From: a virus
Taxonomy: Duplodnaviria; Caudoviricetes
IMG/VR virus record: IMGVR_UViG_3300033076_000085
Location: 1 to 26,883 of that record
Direction: 5' to 3' (one strand)
DNA length: 26,883 nucleotides
A program made the position numbers and the translations under genes. Below the pieces are notes generated by a model that did no database searches, was not told the DNA's origin, and saw only the letters and a list, made by a program, of their open reading frames with translations. Below are positions 1-9,008 of the stretch, piece after piece; the stretch's first letter is position 1; the number at the start of each line of letters is the position of its first letter.

Positions 1-282
1 TGTCAAGCAATACCACATTGTCTTGTTGGCGTCAACAAGTTGTGCATCAGTAATCTTACCACCTAGATAAGCACTGCCATACACTAATGGGATTGGGTTT
101 GTTGTGTCTGGTGCTAGTTGTAAACGAACACCGTTATCAACGGCAGATGAGTTGCTGTTATCACTGCCTGTTGATTTATTAATGAGTCTGCTGATACCAT
201 ATGCGACGAGGATGCGGACCAATGCACCTCCAACTCCTGAACTGCCAACTAGGGCCGCTGCCGCTGTTAAAAAACTTGCCAT
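1..282 (-). CDS. Tail-tip / central fibre protein (lambda J-like), N-terminal 94 codons; continues across the circular junction into 26883..24193
   Basis: Not in the ORF track. ATG at 282 with SD-like AAGGA upstream, reading MASFLTAAAALVGSSGVGGALVRILVAYGISRL…GVRLQLAPDTTNPIPLVYGSAYLGGKITDAQLVDANKTMWYCLT with no stop. 282 is an exact multiple of 3. The IPLVYG motif is typical of J-like N-termini. Confidence 0.9.
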   Translation of the reverse strand, partial: MASFLTAAAALVGSSGVGGALVRILVAYGISRLINKSTGSDNSNSSAVDNGVRLQLAPDTTNPIPLVYGSAYLGGKITDAQLVDANKTMWYCLT

Positions 283-284
283 TT

Positions 285-734
285 CTATTCCTTAATCCAA
301 TGCTGTTCAACACATCGCCAGCCACGCTTGTTTAAATCTAAATCACTGCTGCCTGGTTGTGTGGACAGACTAACCTGATCCACCAATTTATCTCGTATAA
401 ATCTTTCGCAGTCTGTTTCCCAACGGAAATACAATTCTGCGGACAATCTACCTCTGCGAAACTCTGGCTCTACCCACCAAAACAATTCTCGCATTCTGGA
501 ACGACTTGCAATCCATGGATCTTGTTCTTTGATTGCACCTATCATCCCAACTAACTTGCCTTCTTTTTCTGCTACTATCAAATACTGATTTAGTATAAGA
601 TGCATCAGGCGTTGTGTTGCTGCCGCTTCGTCTTTAACTGTCCAGTTGGCATAGTTTACTAAACTGGCGGCTGCAAAACTTTTTAACATTCTAAGGACTT
701 GATCAATGTCCTGGACTGTTGCTGATCTAATCAT
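285..734 (-). CDS. GNAT-family acetyltransferase
   Basis: MIRSATVQD start, LIVAEKEGKLVGMIGA strand and acetyl-CoA motif WWVEPEFRRGRLS. Confidence 0.85.
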   Translation of the reverse strand: MIRSATVQDIDQVLRMLKSFAAASLVNYANWTVKDEAAATQRLMHLILNQYLIVAEKEGKLVGMIGAIKEQDPWIASRSRMRELFWWVEPEFRRGRLSAELYFRWETDCERFIRDKLVDQVSLSTQPGSSDLDLNKRGWRCVEQHWIKE

Positions 735-735
735 G

Positions 736-1596
736 TTATGCTGTTGCTAATGGTTTACCAAAGTCAAAGTTACTTGTGACAATAGTTGCTACACGAGCAA
801 AGCCAGCATCGTCTCCTCTGTAACCAGTTCCTGGTGTTGTGATAGTTACTGATGTAACACCTCCACCACTGACAACAATAGTTGCTACTGCACCTGAGCC
901 AACACCTGCAACATTGGTTAATGCCTTGCTAGTGAATGTTCCGTCAGTATAACCTGAACCACTATCAATAGCACCAACACTTGCAATGTCACCAGTAGCA
1001 CCAGTTGTTAGAACTCTACATTGAAACCCAGTTCCACCAGTTAATGAAGCAGTTACATAAGTTCCTTTGTAGTTGTATTTGCGTTCTGCGTCATTGGTTC
1101 TTTGACCAACAAGTTTCTGCTCTAATACTTTAACAATTGAACTGCAACTTACACTGACTGTAGTTGTTGCAACACCAGAGAACTGATTGAACTCGTCGTT
1201 GAAACTGTAGTTTGCAATAATGCCAGAGAATCGCTTACTTGGATTACCTGAAATATTTAGTGGGACACCTGTGTCACTATTGAAGAACACTCTGCGAATA
1301 GTAACATGACTGCCTTTGAGTGCATAGTCCATCATATTGCCAACAAATGATTGATCAATTGCTGCCATGCTTAATGTGACATCACCAGCAGATGGTTGTA
1401 GTTCGTTGTTGAACTCACTGATGCTTAGAAGAATACCCATTGGTGAGTATGTGTAAGCAACGCCATCATCTTCTGTAATGTCAAATGGCACTGCATGATT
1501 GCTAAAACGAAGCACGCCATAAGAAGGCACAACCATGCGAACAAAACTTGCTTGTTGAACCTTATTGTAGTTTGTTAAGTCTAGACTTGTGCTCAT
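736..1596 (-). CDS. Tail hub / minor tail protein (lambda gpL / DUF2163-like position) with a Gly-rich insertion
   Basis: Follows Dit. YTYSPMGILLSISE…VTIRRVFF…RFSGII…QRTN…FDFGK pattern resembles siphophage hub proteins. GSGYT/GTGY repeats are inserted near the C-terminus. Confidence 0.7.
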   Translation of the reverse strand: MSTSLDLTNYNKVQQASFVRMVVPSYGVLRFSNHAVPFDITEDDGVAYTYSPMGILLSISEFNNELQPSAGDVTLSMAAIDQSFVGNMMDYALKGSHVTIRRVFFNSDTGVPLNISGNPSKRFSGIIANYSFNDEFNQFSGVATTTVSVSCSSIVKVLEQKLVGQRTNDAERKYNYKGTYVTASLTGGTGFQCRVLTTGATGDIASVGAIDSGSGYTDGTFTSKALTNVAGVGSGAVATIVVSGGGVTSVTITTPGTGYRGDDAGFARVATIVTSNFDFGKPLATA

Positions 1597-2237
1597 TATA
1601 GAACCTCTTGGAATGTAAACTCACCAGACCAGCCAACTAAGTTGTGAGAAATCAAACTCCACTGTGGGCAACTTGTGCAAATAACATTCCATTCAACATC
1701 GCCACCAACATTGATGTTGTGTGCTGTATTACTTGGAGTGTCAAGAATGCTTCTGTTTACTTTTACCAGTTGAGTTGCACCTGAACCACGAACAACATCT
1801 TCAACTACTGAGTAAACATAAGTTGAGCCTGCTGGTTGAATCAAGTCACCAGCACGAAATAACACAAGGCCAGCAGAGCCAGGCAAGTTGCCTAACTCAA
1901 ACTTTGTTGTATCACTGGCTGCTTGACTTGAAGTATACTTCACAGTCATTGTGCTTGGGTCAGTAGCATTACCACGATAGCCTACAATATAATCATAAGC
2001 GGCTTTGCCTAAGTTAACTGTTTGTGAGTCTAACATGTTGGCGTGGTCAATGGCTTCAATGTAACCACGAACATCACTCCAACGCTTGCCATCAGGCATC
2101 TTAACAGTGAATCGCCATACTGCACCACCACGAGATACTGAACGCACTCGCTGATCACGACTAATTGTTTGGCTTACAATTGGTCTCTTGTTGATGCTGA
2201 GTGTTTCAGCATTATCAAATATCCATTGAAATGACAT
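1596..2237 (-). CDS. Distal tail protein (Dit-like)
   Basis: Immediately after the tape measure, 213 aa, WRFTVKMP and terminal FTFQEVL beta-strand motifs; 1-nt overlap with the next gene. Confidence 0.7.
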   Translation of the reverse strand: MSFQWIFDNAETLSINKRPIVSQTISRDQRVRSVSRGGAVWRFTVKMPDGKRWSDVRGYIEAIDHANMLDSQTVNLGKAAYDYIVGYRGNATDPSTMTVKYTSSQAASDTTKFELGNLPGSAGLVLFRAGDLIQPAGSTYVYSVVEDVVRGSGATQLVKVNRSILDTPSNTAHNINVGGDVEWNVICTSCPQWSLISHNLVGWSGEFTFQEVL

Positions 2238-2246
2238 ATCTTATCC

Positions 2247-4790
2247 TTATCTTCTTCCGCTTGGGACTAAACTGCGACCACGCTCAGTTACTGCATATAG
2301 GAACTCAGGATCGCGAGCAATCATTTGACGGAAACTTGCGGCATCAGCCGCATTAATGTGGTATGTGACTTGCGTAATGTTACTGCCACCTAGTGCATTG
2401 TTTGGAACAATTGTAGATGCATTGCGTGGAATCATCAACTCAGGGCCATTTTCGCCAACAAGTATTGGCTTACCAATTGCTGGGTTACCGCCGTTAGCAA
2501 AGCCTAGTAGTTTGCCTAGTCCACCTAACATGCCAGCACCAGTTGAACCACCTTCAAACAAGCCTACAAGTAGTTTCTTGGCTTGGATGCGTGTGAATTC
2601 AGCAATCATGCTGTTGGCTAAGTCTTTGAAACTTAACTTGCCTGTTTGAACGAACTTGACGATAGCATCTTCAAAGCCACTTGTGAATGTGTCAAAGTAT
2701 GTTTTGCTTTCTAAGGCAGCGTTACTTGCATCATCCTTATACTTGGCAAATGCTTCTTTCCAACCTGCGTTCCATTCACGGCTTGCTTCTAAGTTCTTCA
2801 ACTGTGCGGCAGAGATACCAGCATAGCCATCTTCAATCTTCTTAAGACCAGCGGCAAACTCAGCAGCCTTTTCAGGTGTCATACCATCACCAGTGTCTTC
2901 AAATGCGGCAGCATAAGCACGACCTGCTTCAAGTGCGGCTTTCTTTGCATTGTTAACAATTTCAGCGGCTTGCTGTTGGAATGGACTCTTACCTTGTTGC
3001 ATGCCTTGGAACTGTGCATCTTGCATTTGTGCAGTAATGCTCTGACCAGCATCTGTTAATGCTTGTTGACGCTTGGCAGCATCTTCCATTGCCTTTGTTA
3101 GGTTCTCAATATCTTGTAAGCGAGCCTTCTCAACTAAACGAACACCTTGGACTTTATCAATATATTTGACAAGTTGTAGTGCGTGAGCAGTTTCAAGTTC
3201 TTTTACTTTTGCAATTTCAGCATCAATTAGACCCACATTGGCACGCTGTTCTTCTGTGCCTTTGAGCCATTCTTTTTTCTTATCAACTAGACCTTGGATA
3301 GTTTCTTTAGTCTTGTCATACATGGCTTCAAGGGCCATGATTTTCTCTTTTTCATCTTCAGTCTTGCCAACCATCTCTGCTTCAAGTGCAAGATGTTGTA
3401 GTTGCAAGATCTGGTTACGCTTCATGGCATCACCAACTTTGCCAATGTCGTCTGCTAATTCCTTTTGACGCTTCTTGAACTCAGCAGCCTTTGCGTTTTG
3501 TTCATCCCACTGCTTTTTCATTTCCTCGCCGTGAGCAATTTGTGCCTTCATTGTATCAGCATTGCCACCACGACCAGCACCAGCGCCACCACTTGAACCT
3601 AGTCCAAAGAACTCTTTTGCTTTGCCTAATAATCTGTCAAACTTGTCAATCAAGAAATCAATAGGACTGAAGTCTAAAATCTTCTTAGACAAGAAGTCAA
3701 TTGCTTCTGCTACTGTATAGATGATACCAACTACACCAGCAAAGCGTAGGAAGCCTTTTACTAATGCACCAAGAGCGAATGTTAAACTTGCAACACCACC
3801 AAATGCTGTAGGCAAGAAGCCAAATGCTCGTAGGATGTTATTGCCAAAGTTGACAAATGCCTTTCCTATAGCAACAACTTGAACACCAAGTGCGGCAAAT
3901 ATACCGCCTGCGGCAGCAACACTTGCACCAGCGGCAGCAACTGCACCATTAACAAATGGCAATGCTTTCGCAAATATGAACCATGCACTGGCGGCCGCTA
4001 AAGCCATCTTGATTAGTGATTCAAAAGCGGAAACTGTTGTTGAACTTGCGGCAACAATCTTGTTTAAAGGCTCAGCAACATTAAGCAATGCTTGCTTTAA
4101 TGCACCAAGTTGCTTGTTTAAGTTTTCACTTGCATCACTACCAGCCTGAATAGCACTTTGGTATTGTGCTGACTTTGCGGCAGCATTGGCGAACTCTTCT
4201 TGAACGCCTTGGAAACTTACGCCTTTTGCTGACTTACCAAACAAGTCTGTTTGCACACGGATACGCATGGCTGCGCTTTCCAACTTGCTGATACCCTCAA
4301 TTGATTTCTTGAGTAAGTCTTCTTGGCTTAATGATTGAATATCTCTTAGACTGATACCAATATCTGCAAACGACTTTTGTGCTGAGTCACTGCCAGCCAC
4401 AGCATTACCAATTGCTTCACTGAACTTTAAGATGCCATTACGAGCACCTTCAGCGTTGCCACCATTGGTTTCAAATGCTTTACCTAGTCCAATAACACTG
4501 CCTATGCTGACATCAGCAGTAGTAGCAATGTCTTTAACTGCGTTGGCGTATTCATTGGCACTGCGTAGTGCTTCTGCTGAGATTAAACCAGCGAGTGCTA
4601 ACTTAACTGCATCTAGTTTTGCCACTAGACCTGCCGTGCTTGCACCTAACTTGTTGAATGAGCCAACTAATGCAGTAGTGTTGGCATTAGTTTTGTTTGC
4701 AAAGGAATCAGTTGCTTTTTCAGCAGCCTTAATGTCGTTAAGATACTTTTTATTATCTACTTCTAACGATACACGAATGGAACTTGCCAT
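2247..4790 (-). CDS. Tail tape measure protein with lambda-type C-terminal region
   Basis: 847 aa, Ala/Lys-rich helical, central hydrophobic segments, C-terminal GWKEAF…FEDAIVKFVQTGKLSFKDLANSMI and FANGG…VGENGPELMIP motifs. Confidence 0.93.
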   Translation of the reverse strand: MASSIRVSLEVDNKKYLNDIKAAEKATDSFANKTNANTTALVGSFNKLGASTAGLVAKLDAVKLALAGLISAEALRSANEYANAVKDIATTADVSIGSVIGLGKAFETNGGNAEGARNGILKFSEAIGNAVAGSDSAQKSFADIGISLRDIQSLSQEDLLKKSIEGISKLESAAMRIRVQTDLFGKSAKGVSFQGVQEEFANAAAKSAQYQSAIQAGSDASENLNKQLGALKQALLNVAEPLNKIVAASSTTVSAFESLIKMALAAASAWFIFAKALPFVNGAVAAAGASVAAAGGIFAALGVQVVAIGKAFVNFGNNILRAFGFLPTAFGGVASLTFALGALVKGFLRFAGVVGIIYTVAEAIDFLSKKILDFSPIDFLIDKFDRLLGKAKEFFGLGSSGGAGAGRGGNADTMKAQIAHGEEMKKQWDEQNAKAAEFKKRQKELADDIGKVGDAMKRNQILQLQHLALEAEMVGKTEDEKEKIMALEAMYDKTKETIQGLVDKKKEWLKGTEEQRANVGLIDAEIAKVKELETAHALQLVKYIDKVQGVRLVEKARLQDIENLTKAMEDAAKRQQALTDAGQSITAQMQDAQFQGMQQGKSPFQQQAAEIVNNAKKAALEAGRAYAAAFEDTGDGMTPEKAAEFAAGLKKIEDGYAGISAAQLKNLEASREWNAGWKEAFAKYKDDASNAALESKTYFDTFTSGFEDAIVKFVQTGKLSFKDLANSMIAEFTRIQAKKLLVGLFEGGSTGAGMLGGLGKLLGFANGGNPAIGKPILVGENGPELMIPRNASTIVPNNALGGSNITQVTYHINAADAASFRQMIARDPEFLYAVTERGRSLVPSGRR

Positions 4791-4791
4791 C

Positions 4792-5082
4792 TTATAATCC
4801 TTTTAATCTGCGGTCAACTTCTTGTTGTATCCACTGTTCTGTGGGTTCTACCATACCCTTTGGTGACTGCTTTGAATAGCCGTCATCAAGTCGCTGACTA
4901 TATGGATAATCAGCAACAATAGTATTCTTTTGGAGTTTTGTTTTATTGCGAGCGTTACCTGTGTCTTTAGGAGTGTTCTTTACGAACTCCTTATAGGCTT
5001 GCTCAGGAAGGTCGTCAGCCAATTTCTTAGCCTTGCCCATTTGAGTATGGAAACTCTTTAGATCAACTCGTTTATTCACCAC
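4792..5082 (-). CDS. HK97 gp10-like neck/tail completion protein
   Basis: TPKDTGNAR, YSQRLDDGYSKQSPKGMV motifs characteristic of this family. Confidence 0.75.
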   Translation of the reverse strand: MVNKRVDLKSFHTQMGKAKKLADDLPEQAYKEFVKNTPKDTGNARNKTKLQKNTIVADYPYSQRLDDGYSKQSPKGMVEPTEQWIQQEVDRRLKGL

Positions 5083-5335
5083 GACTTTCCTTTACAATTC
5101 TTAACAATTCTTCTTCACTAACATCTGGTGGGCTCATGTTGTTGTTTCCACTAGCGCGATCGTTTATCAAGTTACGATATCCTATCGCTGTGTCAGCAAC
5201 GAACACATCAAATGTGTTGGCTTTACGAATCACTTCACTTGGGAGTAGTCCATACCGCTCGCCAAGTGTGTCTATGAGCATAATCATAGACAATTCAGGA
5301 GACCCTTCTTTGATCTCCTCTTTTGTTACTTTCCC
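5072..5335 (-). CDS. Tail assembly chaperone, frameshifted part (gpT-like; C-terminus of G-T fusion)
   Basis: The -1 frame from the GGGAAAG site reads KVTKEEIKEGSPELSMIMLIDTLGERYGLLPSEV without a stop, into ORF 5072..5293. Confidence 0.8.
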   Translation of the reverse strand, partial: GKVTKEEIKEGSPELSMIMLIDTLGERYGLLPSEVIRKANTFDVFVADTAIGYRNLINDRASGNNNMSPPDVSEEELLRIVKESRGE

Positions 5336-5628
5336 AGGCGTTCCACCACCGCGGCCATTACTGCCATCATTACATCATTAGGTAGTGCTTCACCCTCTTT
5401 TAGAACTTTCTTGCCTTCTTCATCTAACACTAGGTCATTAACCATGCGAATCATCTCGCCATAGTTGTCACCAGTGATAGTTGCCATCTTGATAAACTGG
5501 TCAATGGGTTGTCTATCCATGATCCAGAATTCAAGTTCATCACCATGCTTCTCAAGCAACTCAGGGGTGTTGAGAGTAATTTTAATCAGTTGTGGCTTGC
5601 TAGCCAATTGTGTTAATTTCAATGCCAT
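5326..5628 (-). CDS. Tail assembly chaperone (gpG-like)
   Basis: 100 aa between tail tube and tape measure, GGAG RBS, ends in CTG GGA AAG TAA (…LGK*). Confidence 0.8.
   Translation of the reverse strand: MALKLTQLASKPQLIKITLNTPELLEKHGDELEFWIMDRQPIDQFIKMATITGDNYGEMIRMVNDLVLDEEGKKVLKEGEALPNDVMMAVMAAVVERLGK
5329..5335 (-). other. Programmed -1 ribosomal frameshift site GGGAAAG
   Basis: Same heptamer as the lambda G/T slip site, directly before the gpG-like stop, with an open -1 frame downstream. Confidence 0.85.
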
Positions 5629-5644
5629 ATCATATCTCCAAATC

Positions 5645-5821
5645 TTATTTGAAATCGTCTACTTGATTCTTCAAGTAGTGAATTGCTGAGAGAATAAAGC
5701 GTAGTCTTGCGTCTACTTGCTCTGCATCTTTTCTCAAGCACTTTAGTTCAGCGATGCTCTTAGCAACTTCTGCTTCAAGGCTCTTGAGAATTGCGTCCTC
5801 AGTTAAATTATCAAAAATCAT
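5645..5821 (-). CDS. 58-aa hypothetical helical protein (below ORF-track cutoff)
   Basis: AAGGAGG RBS, ATG at 5821, MIFDNLTEDAILKSLEAEVAKSIAELKCLRKDAEQVDARLRFILSAIHYLKNQVDDFK*; fills the gap. Confidence 0.85.
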   Translation of the reverse strand: MIFDNLTEDAILKSLEAEVAKSIAELKCLRKDAEQVDARLRFILSAIHYLKNQVDDFK

Positions 5822-5842
5822 ATCTGTCCTCCTTGGACACTT

Positions 5843-5849
5843 TATTTAG
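5843..5849 (-). promoter_or_regulatory. CTAAATA putative late promoter
   Basis: Directly after the tail-tube terminator and upstream of the RBS of the 58-aa ORF. Confidence 0.6.
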
Positions 5850-5855
5850 TGCCAT

Positions 5856-5884
5856 AAGAAAAGGACCCTGGGGTGAGTCCTTTT
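5856..5884 (-). terminator. Rho-independent terminator after major tail gene
   Basis: Minus strand AAAAGGACTC-ACCCCA-GGGTCCTTTT-CTT. Confidence 0.8.
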
Positions 5885-5901
5885 ATTAGTTTCTTAAACT
5901 A

Positions 5902-6450
5902 TTAGGCTGCTACTGCGGCTGTTGCTTGCTTGTAGTCACCGTTAACTTCAATTGTGATTGGAGATACGAAGACTGGGCTATCCGCTGACACAGAAGGTGC
6001 CAATGCAGAGATGAAGCCAGTGCCCATTAACAACTTGCTACCGTCTGTTACACCCGCTGGGGCGATTAAGAAGGCAACTGCTGTGCGGTCATTTGACAAC
6101 TTGAAGATACCGTCTTGAGCGGCAGCGCCACCTGAACCAGAACCAAAGAATGTTGCTGTTTCAAGAACAAAGTTGCCAGATAGGCTGTTTGTAGCGTTTG
6201 TTGTGATAACATTCTCACCAGCCTGGTCAAGTTGTTTCCAACGATATGAGCCATTGCTGTTGTTGATTGTTACATCCTGTAGACCAGGAACAACGATAGC
6301 GTCATTCGCTACTGTTGTGATTGCGCCAGTTGTGTTACTTGCGGCAGAGTAGAAGTCTGTTTCAACTGGTGTTGCACCAGCCATGTCTTCTGCTTTGATA
6401 AGAACAAGTTTAACACGGTTAACTGCTGTTGATGCATTGATATATGCCAT
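5902..6450 (-). CDS. Major tail (tube) protein
   Basis: 182 aa, VPGLQDVTINN, GTGFISALAPSVSADSPVF…ITIEVNG motifs, strong RBS, followed by a terminator and chaperones. Confidence 0.85.
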   Translation of the reverse strand: MAYINASTAVNRVKLVLIKAEDMAGATPVETDFYSAASNTTGAITTVANDAIVVPGLQDVTINNSNGSYRWKQLDQAGENVITTNATNSLSGNFVLETATFFGSGSGGAAAQDGIFKLSNDRTAVAFLIAPAGVTDGSKLLMGTGFISALAPSVSADSPVFVSPITIEVNGDYKQATAAVAA

Positions 6451-6461
6451 TTTAGTTTTCC

Positions 6462-6854
6462 TTATGCTAATGTGTGAAATCTATACTCAAACTCGTATGT
6501 GATGCGGTCCGCTTCAATCGTAGTGGTATAGTCAAACTCTTTTCTAAAAGCGTTTGTAATTGTTGATACACCTTTGGCCGTAGCCATTGTGTTCAGTGCT
6601 GTGTTTAGGTCAGCGTTTCTATTCTTGGCGTCTAGGGTCAAATACCCACGGACTGTAGTAATGTTTTGATTGATGTCAGAATCATCTAGTGTTCCTAGCA
6701 ACTCTGCTTGTTCAACGATAGGTTCATCAAGATAAACTTTACGCATGTTCTTCAAATAAAGAGCATTACCACTTTCTTCAAACGGCAACTCTTGACTAGG
6801 CTTGATTGTCCCAGTTAAGTTAGTTGTCAAATAAGCAAGTAGTTCTGTTCTCAT
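6462..6854 (-). CDS. Tail terminator / completion protein (putative)
   Basis: 130 aa immediately before the tail tube gene; ATGA overlap with the upstream gene. Synteny only. Confidence 0.6.
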   Translation of the reverse strand: MRTELLAYLTTNLTGTIKPSQELPFEESGNALYLKNMRKVYLDEPIVEQAELLGTLDDSDINQNITTVRGYLTLDAKNRNADLNTALNTMATAKGVSTITNAFRKEFDYTTTIEADRITYEFEYRFHTLA

Positions 6855-7366
6855 CTTACTCTCACAAGGTTAAGTCTTGATGGACGCTTTTCGTTTACTT
6901 CAACAGTTGCGTCACCATCAAAATCATACCAGTCCCCAGACTGCAATACTTCTTCAAATAGTGCAGTATACTGATCACGATAGAATTTGATCTTTACCAT
7001 GCCAGCATCAGTTTCATTGCCAAAGTCAGCAACTCTTGGATAGATATACTCTGCTAACGCAAAGTAGATGTTCATATCTTTGAATTCTTGTTCTCTTGCT
7101 TTGATCTTTGCTGGATCAACAGATGGCAACATTCGCACATCATTGTGTAATGCACTATTGTTGCCAAACTGATATTGTTTCCACCAGTCAGTGTTTCTAA
7201 ATTGTGTTAAGATTCGCTGACTGGCTTGGGCTAATAGACCATCTACGATTTCAGTAGTTAGACCTTCGTTAGACTCAAATAGGCGTTGATCACGATCGTC
7301 AAGTTCGCTTGTTACAGCGAAACTGACAAAAGTTGAATTGTTATAGTTAAATGACATCGTGATCAC
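6851..7366 (-). CDS. Head-tail adaptor (putative)
   Basis: First gene after MCP, helical, C-terminal YDFDGDATV motif. True start may be ATG 7357. Confidence 0.65.
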   Translation of the reverse strand: MITMSFNYNNSTFVSFAVTSELDDRDQRLFESNEGLTTEIVDGLLAQASQRILTQFRNTDWWKQYQFGNNSALHNDVRMLPSVDPAKIKAREQEFKDMNIYFALAEYIYPRVADFGNETDAGMVKIKFYRDQYTALFEEVLQSGDWYDFDGDATVEVNEKRPSRLNLVRVR

Positions 7367-7376
7367 CTATTCCCAA

Positions 7377-8201
7377 TTAAGCCGCGTCTACTAACTTAAC
7401 ACCGCGAGTTGCGTCAACAACACCAACACCAGCGTGTAGGCTAGCAACGATATCGTTACCAACAGCGGCAGCACGGCGTTGAACTTCTAGGTCAACATTA
7501 CGGAACATAGCGATACGCAATGCGTCTTGTGCGAAAATAGCACCTTTGAAACCAGTTACGCCAGAAACAGCGGCTGTAGCAAATGCGCTTTGGAACAATG
7601 TGATACCAGCGATGCGACCAACGAAACCGTTTGTCATTGCTTCGCTTTGGAATGTGCCACCAGCGTAGGCTGTGCTACCAATAACTTTCATCAATTCAGC
7701 GGCTGCGGCTGGGCTGATAACACCAACTAGAGGACCAGTTTCACCAGCGGCACGGATTTGTGCGGCAGCGTCAAACAAGTCGTCAAGACCTAAAGTGCCT
7801 GTATCAGCAGAACCTGTCAAGCCACTCATTGCGGCGATAACATCTTTGTCAAAGGAAGCAGAAACTGCGTTACCTAGAACACGACCTAGTTCGTTAGGGT
7901 CAATACCACCTAGGTCGCGAACAACTTCGCGAGCGGCGTAAATGTTGCTAGTGATAACAACTTTAGTATCAGCGATACCAACTGCGCTGAAGTCTTCAGC
8001 GTCATGTGAACCACTTGTTAGTTTAGTTGCTGTAACTGAACCAAGAACTGGGATTTGTGCAGAGATGCTACCTGCTGGTAGTTGAACTGCTGGAACAATG
8101 CCACCAGCCAAGAATAATGAACTCTCTTGAGCAGTGTAAACTGTTGCGGCCTTAGTGTTAACCATTAGGCTGTCTAGATCGTAGGCTGTATTGTATGCCA
8201 T
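7377..8201 (-). CDS. Major capsid protein (compact HK97 fold)
   Basis: 274 aa after the scaffold, ELGRVLGNAVSASFDKDVI backbone helix, GFVGRIAGITLFQS, VDLEVQRRAA motifs, strong RBS. Confidence 0.9.
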   Translation of the reverse strand: MAYNTAYDLDSLMVNTKAATVYTAQESSLFLAGGIVPAVQLPAGSISAQIPVLGSVTATKLTSGSHDAEDFSAVGIADTKVVITSNIYAAREVVRDLGGIDPNELGRVLGNAVSASFDKDVIAAMSGLTGSADTGTLGLDDLFDAAAQIRAAGETGPLVGVISPAAAAELMKVIGSTAYAGGTFQSEAMTNGFVGRIAGITLFQSAFATAAVSGVTGFKGAIFAQDALRIAMFRNVDLEVQRRAAAVGNDIVASLHAGVGVVDATRGVKLVDAA

Positions 8202-8222
8202 GATATTTCCTTTTCTTTTCTA

Positions 8223-8897
8223 TTAAATTTTGCCTTGGCGTCTTGCCTCAGCGTATAATTTCCTGTGATCTGCACGAGTCAAATCCAGCGATTTCAAATC
8301 AATTGGAGCACCAACTGTTTTGTTTACATTGCCTTGAGTATTCGTTGTAGCAGGAGTAGCAGATGTAAAGTGGGGGTTAGCGTCCAAGAACTCTTTAACA
8401 TATTTGTCCACAGTAAGTGGAGAGCCGTTGTCGTCATACCTGACGCTGCCAGTCTTGGAATCAAGAACCTCAACATCACCTTCATCATTTAAACGCAGAT
8501 TAGGTTTAAGCAATTGCTTAACTTGTTCTGGGTTTACGCTACGATATTGTGCTGCCAAGTTTACTAAAGGTTGTTCAACTTTGAATTCACGGATAATCGC
8601 ATCGCGCTTTTGAATTTCTGCATCCTTCTTAGATGCTAATTCACTCATCACTTTATCAAACTCACCACGCTTGAGTGCCACTTCCTGTTCGCGTTGTTGA
8701 TGCTGTGAAAGCACCTGACGAATAGTGTCTGGATCACCTAAGTCTTCATAAGGTTTCAAGACTTTCTTTTGCACTGCACTTTTAGTGCGTGCCATTAAGT
8801 CATCTACTTCCTTCTGGGTGTAAGTTCTTTCTGCCTGATTGTTAGATTCAGTAGTTGTATCAGTATCAACTACATTGCCAATAGTTTCTTGGGCCAT
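8223..8897 (-). CDS. Capsid scaffolding protein
   Basis: TYTQKEVD motif, coiled coil, FLDANPHF and basic C-terminus; lies between portal and MCP. Confidence 0.85.
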   Translation of the reverse strand: MAQETIGNVVDTDTTTESNNQAERTYTQKEVDDLMARTKSAVQKKVLKPYEDLGDPDTIRQVLSQHQQREQEVALKRGEFDKVMSELASKKDAEIQKRDAIIREFKVEQPLVNLAAQYRSVNPEQVKQLLKPNLRLNDEGDVEVLDSKTGSVRYDDNGSPLTVDKYVKEFLDANPHFTSATPATTNTQGNVNKTVGAPIDLKSLDLTRADHRKLYAEARRQGKI

Positions 8898-8942
8898 TGT
8901 TATCCTCTTTGCCTCTCCTCTAAACGAGAGTATGTTTTATTC

Positions 8943-8974
8943 TGGGAGCGATCAACTCCCATAAATCTATTTAG
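8943..8974 (-). promoter_or_regulatory. CTAAATA putative late promoter followed by a 5' leader hairpin of the scaffold-capsid transcript
   Basis: TAAATA at 8968-8973, then TGGGAG-TTGATCG-CTCCCA (8943-8961). Confidence 0.6.
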
Positions 8975-9008
8975 TAGTCTTTTTCGTTTACCTGTTTCTC
9001 AAAGAGAA

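Noticed and set aside
1254-1259. TAAATA inside the hub gene (and 19640-19645 inside the 72-aa ORF) as promoters
   Set aside because: They lie within coding sequence and are compatible with chance, so they are not counted as support.
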